Positions 27,101-41,885 of a stretch of DNA of 64,000 nucleotides are shown in pieces. Both the position numbers and the translations under genes were made by a program. The notes beneath the pieces were generated by a model. The model did no database searches. It saw only the letters and a program-made list of their open reading frames with translations, and was not told the DNA's origin. The DNA comes from Euglena gracilis (taxonomy: Eukaryota), in the NCBI GenBank assembly GCA_039621445.1, contig CP154954.1:49703847-49767846 (forward strand). Direction: 5' to 3'. Each line of letters opens with the position of its first letter. Within the stretch, counting starts at the first letter, position 1.

Positions 27101-30100
27101 ATGAATTGTTCCCCCGTCGGTCTGCCCCGCCCTCCCCATGGGGAGCCCCCCTCTGTGGGCTGCACTTTTTGGGTGTACCCCCACCAGGCCCGGGCCGGAC
27201 CTCCCCCCCCCCCCGAGGGTCCGGCCCGGGCCCACCCCCCCCAGGGGGGGGGGGCAGGAGACCCCCCCCCGGGGGGTCTCCTGACATAAAAAGATGCCTG
27301 GTCCCAAATCAACTGGTTTCATTCTCTGTGACAGCTGCAACCATAAAATTCAGCCGGGGCCACTTGCGTCCGTCTCCCTGCGGTTGGGGGTGGCAGGGAA
27401 GTGGGGGGAGGGAGCGAACGGAGCGGCCCCGCCCACACACCTCCTCCACGAACTGGGCGAACGCCACCACCACGGCCGCCAGCCCCACGACGGAGTGGAA
27501 GCCGGCGACCAGTTGGGGCAGGGCCGTGATCCCCGCCAGAGGTCCGTTTTAAATCCCGGGGGGGGTGTCCATCCCTGCATCCATCCCCCAGGGGAAGGCA
27601 AGGGGGGGGGCGTACCCACCCGGCCTGACCATCCCCCCAAGGGGGGGGGGATGGCCGGCTGGGACCGACCCGCCCCACCGCGGGTCACCGCTAAAGAACC
27701 TCTGAGCTCCACCCGGTGGGCGATGCAGAGCCCGATGGCCCCGCCCGCCGTCATGGCTAACCCCAGTTGCAGGTACGTCAGGGGGCTCAGCGTGCTGCAG
27801 GGGGGCAGGGCGTGGTGAGGCCAAGGATGGGCAGATCCAATATTGTCCTCAAACCTGCCCATACAGCTTGTTCACAAGCTATTTGCCCTCTTGTCCCTGC
27901 GCCGCATTTTCATTTCAGGGTTTTAAACCCTGTGGTGGTTTTGTGACACCACATTCCGCAAACCCACACGTAGGCCAGGGGGGGGGGAATAATTGATATC
28001 GGAGGCCTTCGGAAAAATTGCGGAAAAATTGCGGAAAAATTGCGGAAATTGCGGAAAAATTGCGGAAAAATTGATATCGGGTATACACATTTCTGTCTGA
28101 GGGGACTTAGAAATTTTTCAATTGTGAGGTTCAGAACACCGCAACACCCACGTCGATGCAGGCGAGCACAAATCAACACGCTTGATGTTTTTTGCACAGG
28201 TGGGACGCACCCAATTCTGTAACCAGTGGTGCACCTGTGAGAAAAATTGGTAAACTGGGGGGAAAAAAACAACAAAACACAATGGCACACCTATTGATCC
28301 ATTTGAAGAATGGCTTGAACTCATTGCATCTTCCATCTTCGGTGGTGGGGGAAAAATTCTGCGGGAAAAAAAAATGGGAAAAAATTGCGGAAAAATTGCG
28401 GAAATTGCGGAAAAATTGCGGAAAATTGCAGAAAATTGCAGAAATTGCGGAAAATTGCGGAAATTGCGGAAAAATTGCGGATCAATTCCCCCCCCCTGCG
28501 TAGGCATACGTAGGCGCAAACACTATATTCGGTTGAGGAGACCTAACATGATGCCGGTATCCAATTGCTTGGCCTCATGAAGGAAAATGGGCCGGTTCCT
28601 ATAGCACATGGGGTTGTACCCCCCCCCCCCGACAATGCATGCCCAGCACACCGGGAGAGGCTGACGAGGGTGGTCAGGACGCCGACATAGATGCCCACCT
28701 TGCCCAGGCTGTTGCCGAGGCGGGACGTCTCCTGGGTGGACAGCCCCGCGATGGACAGGATGCAGAACAGGGAGGCCACCAGGTACGACAGCTGTGGGGA
28801 GGGGGAGGGAAGCGGTGGGACTGGCGCCACCGCGCAACAATGGCCGTGGCGCAGACTGCCGGGTGGCCGCGCTCAGCAGGTATCGCAGTCTTCAGCAACT
28901 TGAGCCAGACCAAAAACGAAACCTGCGTACAAATGGGTGCAACCCTGCCTCCTGGGCGTAGATTCACTTGGGGGACATTTTACCCTGGGATAAAACCCAC
29001 CCAGCCACTATTTTTTTTTGAAACTACCAACCCACAACCCCCCTCCCAAAGGGGTCAAACCACCCACCCACCCACCCACCCACCCCCTGGGGGGTTCCTC
29101 CAGGGGGGAGTGGCCCTGGGTGAGTGGGTCCTAACCACTCACTTTTCCCCGAAAATGGCCAAAAACCGCAAAAAATGCTAAAAATAGCACCTTTTCAAAA
29201 TTTTTGGTCCCTTTAGCGCCAAAAAGTATATCTCAGCCCCCCTGGGGGACCCCCGGGGGGGGATCGGCCAGACCTACACATCCTACCCCCCCCCCCGGGG
29301 TTCAAGACAAAAAAACCACTGGCCCCAACACACCCACGCACTCTCGAAGACCCACCTGGAGAGAGGGGATCTGTGTCAAGCTCCTGGGACAGCCGTACCT
29401 TGGTGACTCGTGCCAACAAAACAAAACAAAACAGGATTCCCGTTAGAAATCAGCAGGAGAAAGACTGAAAATGGTTGCTAAAAATAACTTCGTCACTACT
29501 TGTCATTGTGTGGCTGCGAGTGTGTAGTGCCTGCATGGGTTGATATTTTTGGGAAATGCTTCTGCTTCAAAAATAGGATGAACTCCACAAGGGCTGGAAT
29601 TTCAATGGGACATTGCTTTGTTTTTGCCCAGACATAGCGAGGTGCAATGATGTGCGTGGGGGAGAAAATGATGGCCAGGGAAGGGCAGTCATCCCCAATT
29701 TTTGGTCTCCGGTGGGGTCCGGTGGGATCATACAATTGCTTACCGACCCCCGGGGGGGGGGGGAGGGGGGTCACTCCACTTTTTTAAAAACCAGTCAGTC
29801 ACTCATTTTCAAAAAACCAGCCAGTCACTACCCCCCCGGGGGGGGGGTCGGCCACTCAGAAAAACGGCCACTTTCCAGTCACTTTAGGCCATTTTAGGCC
29901 CAAAAAATTTTTCCGGCGCCTTCGGCGCCGGGGTCACTCAAGCCACTTTTGCCCACTCCTGGCCGACCCCCCCCCACTCTGAAAAAACCAGTCACCCACC
30001 CCCCCAGGGGGGGGGGTTGGTCAGTGCTTAAGCAATTGTCTGGGTGGGATCTGGTGGCTGTCCTTGCCTGCTGATGGCAAGGTAGGTGAACGATGGATCT

Positions 30101-30404
30101 GAACGAGACCGGGAACGTTTTCATTCAAATCAGTAAGAGTAATCAAAAACAGTTAAAGACAGTGGACAAAAGTTGGCAAAAGCACCAAAAAATGGCAAAA
30201 AATCAGCAAAGGTAAAATCAGCAAAAATGGTTAGCAGCAGCAAAAAATGGCCGAAAGTCGGTACAATCAAAAGCAGCAAAAAAAATGGCCGTGAGTCGGG
30301 AAAAATGACCAAAAGCAGACAAAATCATCAAAACACAGTAAAAGGTCAAAAAATTCTGGGGAGAACTGCCACTGACACACACGCACGCGCGCACACACAC
30401 ACAC

Positions 30405-30503
<99 letters not shown>

Positions 30504-33500
30504 GAGTCCATGCCCTCGAAACCCCCGACCAGGCGGGCAGTGCAGTAGAGGCCCGTCCACGCCGCGGCGGGGATGACCCACAAGCCATTCCACTCCTCTG
30601 ACACCTTGTCCCCCTTCTTGAACATGTCCTGGGCCATGCCGGGGGAGAGAGTGCGTGTGTGCGGGCGTGTGCAGCCTTTTTGTGCTGAATGCTGTGTGCC
30701 CCTATTGCTCATGGGCAAGCACCTATAATTGACCCCCCAGATTTTCGCCATTTTCGGCTATTTTCGGCCAATTTCCGCCAATTTCGGTCATTTTCAGCCC
30801 TTTTTGTCCTAAAGGTTTGAGGTAAATTCTTTCATACCAACAATGCATTTTGATCATTCAGTCAAGATGCAAGCAGTAGTGACAAGCTAACGCATCCAAA
30901 GAGGTCCGTTTGGAATGGGTGCTCAGGGATTAAGGAGGTCAAAGAGTTTTTTGTTGCAATATGCAAATGCAAGGTTTTGGGAATAGGCTTATTTTTTCCT
31001 GTCAGAGAGGCTCTTGTCCACTTTGGTCTTTTTTACGCTTCATGAGAGTGGTTGGCACATGACGTATTAACCACAATGGCAACACCAAACCTGGTGCTTT
31101 TCTCTTCAAGCCTCTTGGCGTGGATGCTTTTTACAAACAATTTCCGCTATTCCAACTTGACACCCCAAGCAACATTGTTTGATGGTGGCACTGTTAGATC
31201 CCATCCAATTGTGTGCAATAAACCTAATGCAGGAATCACACCTTTAACGGAGAAAAAAAAGCTTCACATACTTTGCCTGGTTGCACCTTGCCACCACAAT
31301 TTTCTGAAATGTCATTGAAACCATCGGCTTTGGCCCAAATAACCCATTCGGAGGTGGTTCTTTGAGCAACATGTGTTCCACGGTCAGGCATAATGGCAGG
31401 AGAAGAGAGGCATGACTTCAAAGAAGCCTTGATTGAGCGACAGAATAAAAGCAAACAAACATGCGATCGGCCCATAATGTTGAAATGTGGGCATCAAATG
31501 TTCTCACCCAATTGTCCAATGTCTGCATCTTGTTCAACATCGCATCTTGTGCAGCATCTAACCCCCCCCACTTATAAACCCCCCGGGTTTATAAGGTCCG
31601 GTTTGGTTGGTCGGCCGAAGGGGGGGGTTTATAGGTGGGGGGGGGTTTATAGGTCCCGGAATTGTTGGTGAAAATCTGACCCCCAAAAATGACCCCGGAA
31701 ACCCCCAAAATTGGCAATTTTTGACAATTTTGGTCAAAAAGGGCATTTTTGATGATGGTCGGTCTCAAAAAAATTGCCAAAAATCAGTTTTGGGGTGGTT
31801 TGTGGCCGAAAAAAAATCGTCCCCGGTGGCTTTCATTTTTCCCGGGGGGGGGGGTCCCGGTTTGGTTGGTCGGCCGAAGGGGGGGGGGTTTATAAGTGGG
31901 GGGGGGTTACATCTTATCCAATATCTACATCCATTGCATCAGCAATCACTGCATCTTGTCTGGTGTGTACATCTTGTCCAATACCTGCATCCTGTCAAGA
32001 TCTTAATCTTGTTCAGCATCTGCATCTTGTCCAAAAAGCAACCAAAATGACCTAAAATGGCTTCAAATAACCTAAACTTGGCGAAAAACACCAACAATAC
32101 CACAAAAAAAAGTGAAAAATTCACCAAAATGGCGCAAAATGGCCAAAAATGCCATATTGACAAATGTACTCGTATTGACCCAAATTAGCCCAATATTTGC
32201 TAAATCAGTGCAAAGTATCCCCAAAATTAGCAAAAATTCATCCAAAATGGCCAAGATGAGTGTAATACTGGAGATTTGTGGAGAAATTATCCCAAAAATG
32301 GGTTTAATTCTTCAAAATATACAAAAAGAATGCCAGCATCGATGCCATCAAAACATTCAGCTTTGGCCCAAATAACCCTTTCAGAGGTGGTTCTTTGAGC
32401 ATGTGTTGCAGGGCCAGGCATAATAACAAAAGAAGAGAGGCTGCACAGAGACAAGAATCAGTTGCACTGAAAATTGCCCCTCTGGGAAAAAGAAACTGTC
32501 AGGCAAAAAAAAAAAACTCGAAAAAATCTTGCAACAAATTTTTCTCATTTTCGGCCATTTTCGGCCATTTTCGGCCATTTTCGGCCATTTTCGGGACCCC
32601 CACCTATAGAGCCCAAAATTTCATTTTCGGCCATTTTCGGCAATTTTTGGCAATTTTCGGCCATTTTTACTATAAGTGCTTGCTCATGGGCAATGGTTCC
32701 GACTGGGCTGGGTGACTCCAGACAAAAAATTTTCGCGGAGAAAAGTTGCCAGAAAGACAAACACACCGGACGCAAGGGCACACACAACGCTCATACCAGC
32801 ATACGGCCGGTGATGTGGAACCCACCAAAAATGTTGATGGACGCCATGAAGACGGAGGACAGGGCCAGCACTTGACTGGCATTGGTTGGGTACCAGCCAC
32901 CACCCGTCAACATCTGCGGGACGGATCAGTTAATTTTAGCCGCGGCGCTGACCGGCAAAGCTGCATGGAACACATCCAAATATGCCACTATCTCTGGCTA
33001 TCTCTGTTGGCCCTCACAAAGAGAGGGTAAGCACTGGCTAGTGGATCAACTAATTGACTGAATCGTCGATAAACTAGGCAATAAAAAAGACAACTGACTG
33101 ATTGACAAATTGAAGAGGTTCATCCTGGTGTATGCAACTATTCGAAGGGCTAAAAAATAAAAAATCCCATCTGTTTTGTTGTAAGTTGTTTCGCTCTGCA
33201 CGGGCAAACCACACACATGCACCTACACCCTCTTTGACCTCCATCCCCTCCCCTGCAGGCACTGTTTTGGCTGAAAAAGAAAGACAGAATGAAAACAAAA
33301 TCCTGTCCAATCATCAACCACTCTCTTTCACCAGTAAAAACTATTTGTCAAGCACACCCCACACCATCCACGTGCGCTGATGCACACACGTACGCACGTG
33401 CGCATGCTCATACACATTCACACAATGCACAATGGATCACACCAAGCCCCCAACGATAACACTTCCGGATATAGCGTTGGTGACGGACATCAGCGGGGTG

Positions 33501-36500
33501 TGCAGCGCGGGTGTGACTGTGAGGACGACTTGGTACCCGACAAATGTGGACAGAGCGAATGTGGTGACGTTGCCGACCCAGTCAGCCGGTACCCCTGTGG
33601 CCAATTGTGGTGAGGAACGTAATCCCTAAGCACTCTTTGCTCTGTTGACAGTGGAGGAGACGCTAAAAAAAATTACAGAGGGCGACTGCGATGCAATGAT
33701 CAAACAGTTGAATAATTATGCTACATTATGCTACATAACAAAAAAAGAGGAAGAGGCTACTTGAGGAAGAGGAAGAAGCACTTTTGTTGCAAATTTCAAA
33801 TTCAAGCAACAAACCACGTCAAAAACTGAAACTCGGGACCAAATGTCCCGGAGTGGGGTGCACAGTGTTGTTTTGGGCAGGGTGGTGAGGGCCAGTCCCA
33901 CACCTATGCCGACACCCGTCAGAGCCACCATGCCCACCGTGGTCCAGCAGATGCGTTTCGTGGAGGTCCAGAACGGGTCCTCCTGCTCCTCCTCCTTCTT
34001 GTGCTCCACCTTGGCAACCTGGGGGCAAACCAGGAAGAGACAAGCGAACCATCTAAATAGCCCTCCCGCTGTGAACTGTACAGGCAGATACCTACCCTAC
34101 CCCCCCCCCCCCGGGAAACTGTCATGCCCGAGAACCTGTCAAGGTCCCGCCCGGGAAACTGTCAGGGTCCCCGGTACCGGCCAACCTGTCAGGGTCATTT
34201 TTCATTGACTTTCCCTTGAAATGCCCTACCCAGGAAACTGCCAGGGTCCCGCCTGGGAAACTGTCAGGGTCCCTGGTACCGGCCAACCTGTCATGATAGG
34301 AAGTTGTCAGGGTCCCCGGTACTGGCCAACCTGTCAGGTGACAGTTTCCCGGGGGGGGGGGGTAGGTATGTCACAGGATAGGGCGCATCATATGTATTGG
34401 AATTCATAACCCCAGATGCATTTTACGTTTCAACATTTGAAGATTTGGAATGCTGTTGGGGAAGAAAAAGAAGAAAGGGACAATATCGATCGAAATGACC
34501 AAAACAAATGGATCAGATTGCGCAGTGAAGTGTTTGATCAAGAATGGGGGGATACAATGGCAGTAATGACAAGGCGGTCTGTTTGGTGGTCGGGGCTGCA
34601 AGGGGGGGAAGGGGCGGAGCGACACCGGCTTTGGCTGCTCTGGCAGCGGCGGGGGTGGCCACATCGGTGCTCCGTCCAGCGTGACGAGGGAATTGCGGAA
34701 CACCTGCGGCGGCCCGGGGAAGGCCGCCCCCCCAAAGCCACGGGAGCCATCGGGAAATTTAGAGGAGAACTGCGACATCAACTCCCCCCCTCCCAGGCAT
34801 CGACGGTCTCCAAAATGCACTGGTTCCACAGATGGGTTCATTTCCCAGCCAAACGCTCGGATCGTTCAGCAAAATAGCGTTTCCGGCTGGCCGTGGCGTG
34901 ACGGGTGAAAAAAAACTGACAACGAACTCGCAACCACTTCAAGACTTCTCCCCCTGAAGTTCAGATGCCCTTTTTGGGGATACGGGATGTGACGTCCTAT
35001 CTGTTCGTAAAGAATGCACCTTTTAAGCCAGATGCACTTTGTTCCGACATCATATTTTTTGCAACTTGCATACCACGTTATGGCCCAAAGCTGCATTTTC
35101 CAATGCTTCGGCAAGGAAGAGCAGAACAAGACTCTTGGCAGCGAAAACACTTGCAGATAGAAAACCGTGAGTGTGCCAGCCAAGCAGCATTTGGGGTATG
35201 AAAACAGCCGCAAGAAAACCGGGGACATTCTGAAGCATTTAGATCATTCAGCTGCCTTTACTGCCTTTACTCGAGACAGAAACAACGCGATATGGCCGGC
35301 TCTCCTCACAAGATCAGGCAAACAATAAAATAAGGTCCAGAATGTTTGAGCAAATTATATCGATGCATGCGAATCCAATTTCGAGTGCCTGTTACCGGGG
35401 GGGGGGAATTTTGTGCCAGAGAAATTTTGCGGCGACAAATTTCGCGGAAGACAAATTTCGCGGGATTCCTTAAAAATGTCCGGAAATATTTCGCGGGATT
35501 TTTTTTTCTGTGAAGCAAAAATGGCCTGAAAGGGAATAAATAGACAAAAATTTTGCGGGATTCCTTAAAAATGTCCGGAAATATTTCGCGGGATTTGCTT
35601 CCGCGAAATTTGTCCGTGCAAATTTTCTCTAGGGCAAAAATTTCCCCCCCCCCGGTAACCTTTTCCCCGGTGACAGGCCACCAAAGCGCAAAAAAAATAT
35701 TGCGGTGTATTCGGAAACCCCACCGAAAATGAAATAATAACAAAACAAATTGCTCAGGTTCAACAAAATACTGTGTTTTTTGATTGAATACTTCTCCAGC
35801 GGTATGGGGGTTACCGGGAAGAAAACCCTTCGCATTCAGGCATATGGCCGACATACCACATCTTCCAAATCAATCCCATGTTCGTCCTGGGTGCCCATCG
35901 CCAGGAGGAACTTTGTCACATTGTTGCCAAACAGTGTACTGGATTGTGTTGGTAGCCTGTGAAACGGGGGTGCGTACTGCCAAACACGACAGCCTGAACG
36001 AACCTCCAGCACCCTGGAAAACTGCAATTGTTGCTGCATATCAAATAGATGAGCAAAAGTTGGAGACCACCTCCAAGAGGGGTCGGGGATCCAGCTACAC
36101 CGGCCACTTGCGGCAAATACAACTTGCGGGGGCAGCTTGCGCAGGGGGCGGCATGCCCAGCATGCACACCGGCTCGGGAGGTCGGTGTACCCGATGCACG
36201 TCACCTTGCCGTTGTACACGTACTTCTCCCCCGGGCGGGTGGTGGCGATGTTGCCCCCCATCTCCGCCGCCAGGTCCACCGTGACCGAGCCCTGGCCCAG
36301 GCCCAGGGCAGGTCAGGGCCCATGATGGATGGGGGGTGGGTGGGTGTCGCCGTTGATGGAGGCCGTTGGGTGTCGCCAGCCACCCAACGGCAGGCTTCGG
36401 TATTAGGGCAGGTATTATGGGGGGTCCTGACCCCCCCCCTCCAGTCCGGGGGGTACACCACCTAAACAGTGGCGCGGTCCGGGTGACCGATTTTCGCACT

Positions 36501-39500
36501 GTGCCGAAAAAATTTGACCCCCAACCGGCCAAAACCGGCCTCTGGGAGAGTCTCCCCGGTTTCGGTCCGGACCCCCCTTGGCAGGGGGGGGGTGATCGGA
36601 CCACCCCCTCCATCAGTTGGGGGGGGGGGGAGTGGGGGGGACACCTCCACCACCTGAACCCTGCACGGCATCCTTACATCGAAACCTGCCCGGCGGCCGA
36701 CGGGAAGGTCCGACTCCGGGGGAGGGGGGCATACGGGTTTCATGGCGTCGATGTGCTCCTCCGTCAGCAGCTTGGGCGCGGGCTGCCCCGGGATGAGGGC
36801 CGTCGTGATGACGATGTCCACCTGGTGCGCGATATGCGTGCGGGGAAAGCGGGTCGGCCGGCCATTGGTTCCCAGGCTGGGCCTCCAAAAGACTTCGCAT
36901 CCACCTCAACTCAAACAGGGCTGCAAAAAACCCTTTGAATCTCACAAACATCGATTCACTCAGTGACCCGGGAGGTTGGGCACATTTTCCCGGGCCCAAA
37001 CCCCACCCATTTCCTCGAACCCCCCCCCCCCCCCCGGGTCAACCACCCAGCCACCAATTCCAAATCCAGCCAAAATTGGCCAAACGCGCGGAGCAATTTT
37101 CTCAGCCCAGCCTTCGGCCGGGCAAAAACCTGACTATGGCCCCGGGGGGGGGGGGGGGAAGGGAAGAACGGGAAGGTCTGGTGGGGAGGGTTGACTACCT
37201 TCCATTCGGAGAGCTGGGGGGGGGGTCGACCCCCCCCCCCCCACCACAGCATTTTCATCAATTTTGGGAAAATGGGGAATTTGGCCGGAGAAAATTTTGA
37301 ATTTTTTTGAAAAATGAACCCAAAACACATGATTTTTTGATGGAGAACCACGCTTTTTCTTCCTTCACAAAAAATCTCAAAAAATTAGGGTTAAAAATTG
37401 ATAGTTTTTAGGACGGGGGTGAAAAAAAAAACAAAAGTCAAAAAAAAAAGTGGACCAAATTTTGGCACAATCAAATTTTATTGACAATTTTCTCTTTGAA
37501 ATTTTTTGGACTTTCAATGGCATTTTTTGTTTCAAAAACCTCTCAAAATCAAAAATTTCTGAGAAAATGTTGAATATTTGGAAGGTGTGAAAAAATGGGG
37601 TTTTGGGTGGTTTTTGGGGGGACCCCCTATATGGGCCCCGAATACACCCGGCGCCGAAGGTGCTGGGAATTTTTTTTCTCGGGCCCAAAAATTGGTGCTT
37701 CCAAAAACGGGAAGAGGTGGTGGGGGGGTTGACCCCCCACCCACCATGCAGGGGGCGGGGGGGGGGGGTGGCCGACCCCCCCCCCCCTCACCCACCACCC
37801 TGGCTGTTCGGCCGATTCCCGTTCTGCCCCCTGCACAGGTGTTAAATGAGAATCTATGTTCAAACACGTTGTCATTCTTCACTTAGGCACTTAGCACTGT
37901 GAATTTTTGGCTGGACGCCACTAGACCTGACAGGGGGGTCTATCTCCTTTCTGCCTTTAAAAAGAAATCACTGGTGCTGGATTTCCTATGGTGTCCAACA
38001 AAATCAGACATTTCTGCTCGTTGAAGAGGAGCATTTTTCACAAAGAAAACTGAACTGAGAGCCCATTCTGTGTCACTTAACTTCACGGTTCAGGCGTTCT
38101 CAAGAACCGAACCAACTAGAACACAAAAATTCAAACAGCCATCCTGCCAACACCCTTTGATTTTGGTGTTCAAATTCAGTGGGGGAGAAATGGATGCGGC
38201 ACAGCATCCGGCAGAAACTGTCACAAGACAGGGACCCCAACGCTATCCTCGGGGGGGGGGGCAGATCATGAGTTCCTCCGGGTGCAATTCGGGTGTAAAC
38301 CACCAAAATGAAACAAATGAGAGATCAGATAGGGTTTAGGTTCAGGTTTATGTCATTTGCAGGATTCGATATGATCGAAACACTTTCAGTGTTGGAGGCA
38401 TGGGAACACCAAACTGACAACAAAAAACACCGCAGTGACGACAGGCAGGCACATGTGTTCACTTCCCGTTTTGGTGCCATGGTCGGCCCTGGCAGGCCCG
38501 GTGGCCAACGGTGGGCAAATTAATAAAAGTGGGCAAAGCAGTCAAAAACAGCCAAAAGCAGGGAGACAACTTCCATGTTGATGCTGCCGCTGCAGATGGC
38601 AACGTGCAAAATCGGCCCTGGCCGGCCCTGGTTGGCTGTTGGTGCTTCACGACAGTAATGAGAGGTCCGGGGGAGGGGTTCAGACGCCACAACAACACAC
38701 ATCCTTGCACTGCTGCAGGAAGAGCGCCATCTCCGCCTCGTGGTACTCCTTGGACATTGCCTTCGCGTAGCCCCCGGACCCTGCAGCCGGCAGGAAATCC
38801 CGGAGGGAAACCACACCGGAGCACCGGAGCCACAATGATGATGACAGAGCAGCAAGAGGTCCAGGGGGGTGCAAAATTTGCACGAAGCAGCACCGCAAGA
38901 AATTGCCCAAACTGCCAAAAATGCTTAAAAAATTAAAACCCCAAACCTCCAAAACTAACTTCAAAAATTGGATGCCTGACGGTGGGCCAGGGTTCACTCC
39001 CAACCCTGAAATTACCACTTGACAAAACTGAGTACACACAAAAATGAAGCGACCACAGAACGGAAAGTCCCAACCAGGCTTATTTTTAAGAGCCCATTTT
39101 TGGGGCAAAAAAATTTCTTCTCCACCTCAAACATGACGGGCGTATCAAGCCATTTTGTTTCTGAGCTCTTTTTGGCCATTTGGGTCAAAATCAAATGGTT
39201 TCAAAATATGCCCCAAGGTGTGCGCTTCAGATGCAAACGATGTGAAAATGTTCCCTTTCCTGATGTGTTTAAACCCCCTGTGAACATGTAATATATCTTC
39301 TCGCCATTTTCTCCAATTATTTACCAAAAAGAGCGTGCACAAAATGTGGATTGCCTGATAAACCATGCCTGGGAGGAGCGAAGCCCACACCCTCGCCAGA
39401 CTCCTGCAGGTTGACCTGCAGGAACTCCGCCCCCATCGACTCTACCTGCTCCTTCGTCGCGGCGCGGACGTCGAATGCCCGCACGATGGCGCCCATCCCT

Positions 39501-39518
39501 GGCGGATGCCAGCATGTG

Positions 39519-39549
<31 letters not shown>

Positions 39550-41840
39550 TGTGTTGTGTGTGTGTTGTGTGGGTGTTGTGTGGGTGTGGGGTGTGTATGG
39601 GGAGGGGCGAGGAGAGCTTGGAGTTGTGTAGTGCAATTCTGAGGGAGATGATGTAGACACACCGCAGAGATTGCCAACACTGGTGACTGGGGGGATCAGC
39701 ATGAGAAAAGCTTGGGAAGTTGGGAGGGCATGGTGGGCAGGGTGGGGACAAAGCCACCAGCAGGGGGGGGGGCGAAACCAAGCTTCTTTTTAAGACCCCC
39801 GGGGGGGGAGGGGGGGGTCCCTATCACCGACCCAGTGTGGCGCGGCACCCCCCCCCGGGGGGGGGGGGGGGGGGGGGTCCGGGGACCCCCCAAAATCGGG
39901 CCCGTTAAAGGCAATTTTCAAAAATTTTCGGCGCTTCGCGCCGAAAAGGTATACCCAGCGCCTCCGGCGCGGGACCCCCCCCCCCGGGGGGGGGTCCGGG
40001 CCCCGACCCACCCACCCACCCCCCTCCCCCACGGGGGGGGGGGGGGGGTCTGGTGACTTAAAAAGAAGCCTGAACGAAACGTAGACCTCGAAAAAAAACG
40101 ACACCAAAAAACACACACACACACACACAAAAAAACGGAAACTGCATGTAAAATCCCTTAGCTCCCCCAAGACGTACACTTTCTGCTGAAGAGGACTTAA
40201 TAAAATTTTCAGCTCCGTCAGGGCAAATTTTAAATTTCGGACAAAAATATGCAGCTTTGTTGACCAGAAAAATGCATGAATGACAAAAATTGACAGAATT
40301 TTGGGTCTTGGGGAGAAATTGGGGGGTGAAACAAATAAATTTTTGTTTTCGAAAAAATTTTCCAGCAAAAATGGAAAATCGCCAGAAAAAAAAACACAAA
40401 TACGCAAAAAAACCACAAAAAAATGCAAATATTGCCAAAAATCGAAAAACGCAAAAAGCCCTCCAAAAACACGTTTGCGTCCCTCACCCGCAACCAGTGG
40501 AAAGCATCGCGGAGGTGGAGGATGGCTGACGGGGTACTGGGGTCAGCCCACAGGCCATACCTTTGGCGGTAGCGATGGCGGAGAGCCCTGCCACCCCGGC
40601 ACCAATGACGAGCACCTTGGCAGGCTGGACCTGTGCCCCAGAGGCGGAGTGGTGCGGGGGGGGGGGGGGGCGTGTGACGGATGCAGCAAGGTGCCTCCTC
40701 GATGTCCCCAGTTGTCCAAGTGGCCGCGCACAAATATAAATGGACACTTTTTGGATCAGTGGAGGACCCTCCCCAAAGCCCCCAACAATTACTTTATTGG
40801 TTTGGCACCTCCATCAGCAGAGCCACTTCTGAAAGCAATTAAAAATGGCAGGACATGAGACAGAAGGCCCTTCCCAAACGTGCTAAGACCCACCCAGGCT
40901 TCACAAATTTGTGATCAAAATAAGGACTTGGCGTGTCCTTTAAATCTACCACCGTTCCACTGGCCCCATCTGAAAACCGTACACTTCACCAACTTTCGGC
41001 TGGTACCAAAGACCAGTGCAAAGTGCAAAGTTCGGGTACCAAAGAGCTTACATGAACTGACCCTTGAAACCCTGTGCGCTGGGTCTGGCGGTCATCCCAA
41101 GAGATCACGCCTCTGAAGGAGATCACAAGGCACATTCACAAATGCAGGTTCATATTTGCCACACCAAAGTGGCAGCCCAAACATAATTTGGAGGATATCT
41201 GCCACCATTATCGATGTCGAAAAGGATTACCTAAAATCATCCAAATAATGAACAAAAAGAAAAATAAAAAATAGGCGAAAATGCAATACCTTTCCCGCCG
41301 CTGTGATCGTTTGCTTGAAGTAACGGCCGAAGCTGTTCGCAGCCTCGATGACCGCCTTGTAGCCCGCGATGTTGGCCATCGAGCTCAGTACGTCGTACAC
41401 TTGGGACCGCGTGATGCGGGGGACGCAGTCCATCCCAGGCGGCCAAGCACCGGACTATGGGATGGGTTGGGGCCCGAGTTTGGGGGTGTCAACAGCACAG
41501 AAAATAATTGAAATTTTTTGGGGCAATGCCACGGACAAAGATGCAAAGATTGGCACACGGCCATGGCCGGATGCGAACACTGTCACTTTCGCTCGCTGGA
41601 ACCGCTCCAGCAGATCCTTGTTTTGCCCTGAGGCCAGAGCTACGCTGTTGGGCTGGCTCTCATTTCTCAATTTTGGGCAGCCCCTCATCGTCGGTATCAG
41701 AAGGGTGTCCCTAAAGAAACACATAAAAACAGGCTTTGGTTGGGTTACATGCATCTATCTACGGATGCCGCTGACAGGAGGCGGAAAGCCGTTTGTGCAC
41801 GCACGCGCGCATCTCTTGGCGCATGCATGCGCATGCCTGC

Positions 41841-41885
<45 letters not shown>

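Noticed and set aside
33731-33760. VASSSFFVM as an extra NNT exon
   Set aside because: Exon 13 (phase 1) joins 33594 directly in frame; this stretch is an intronic pyrimidine tract ending in a stop
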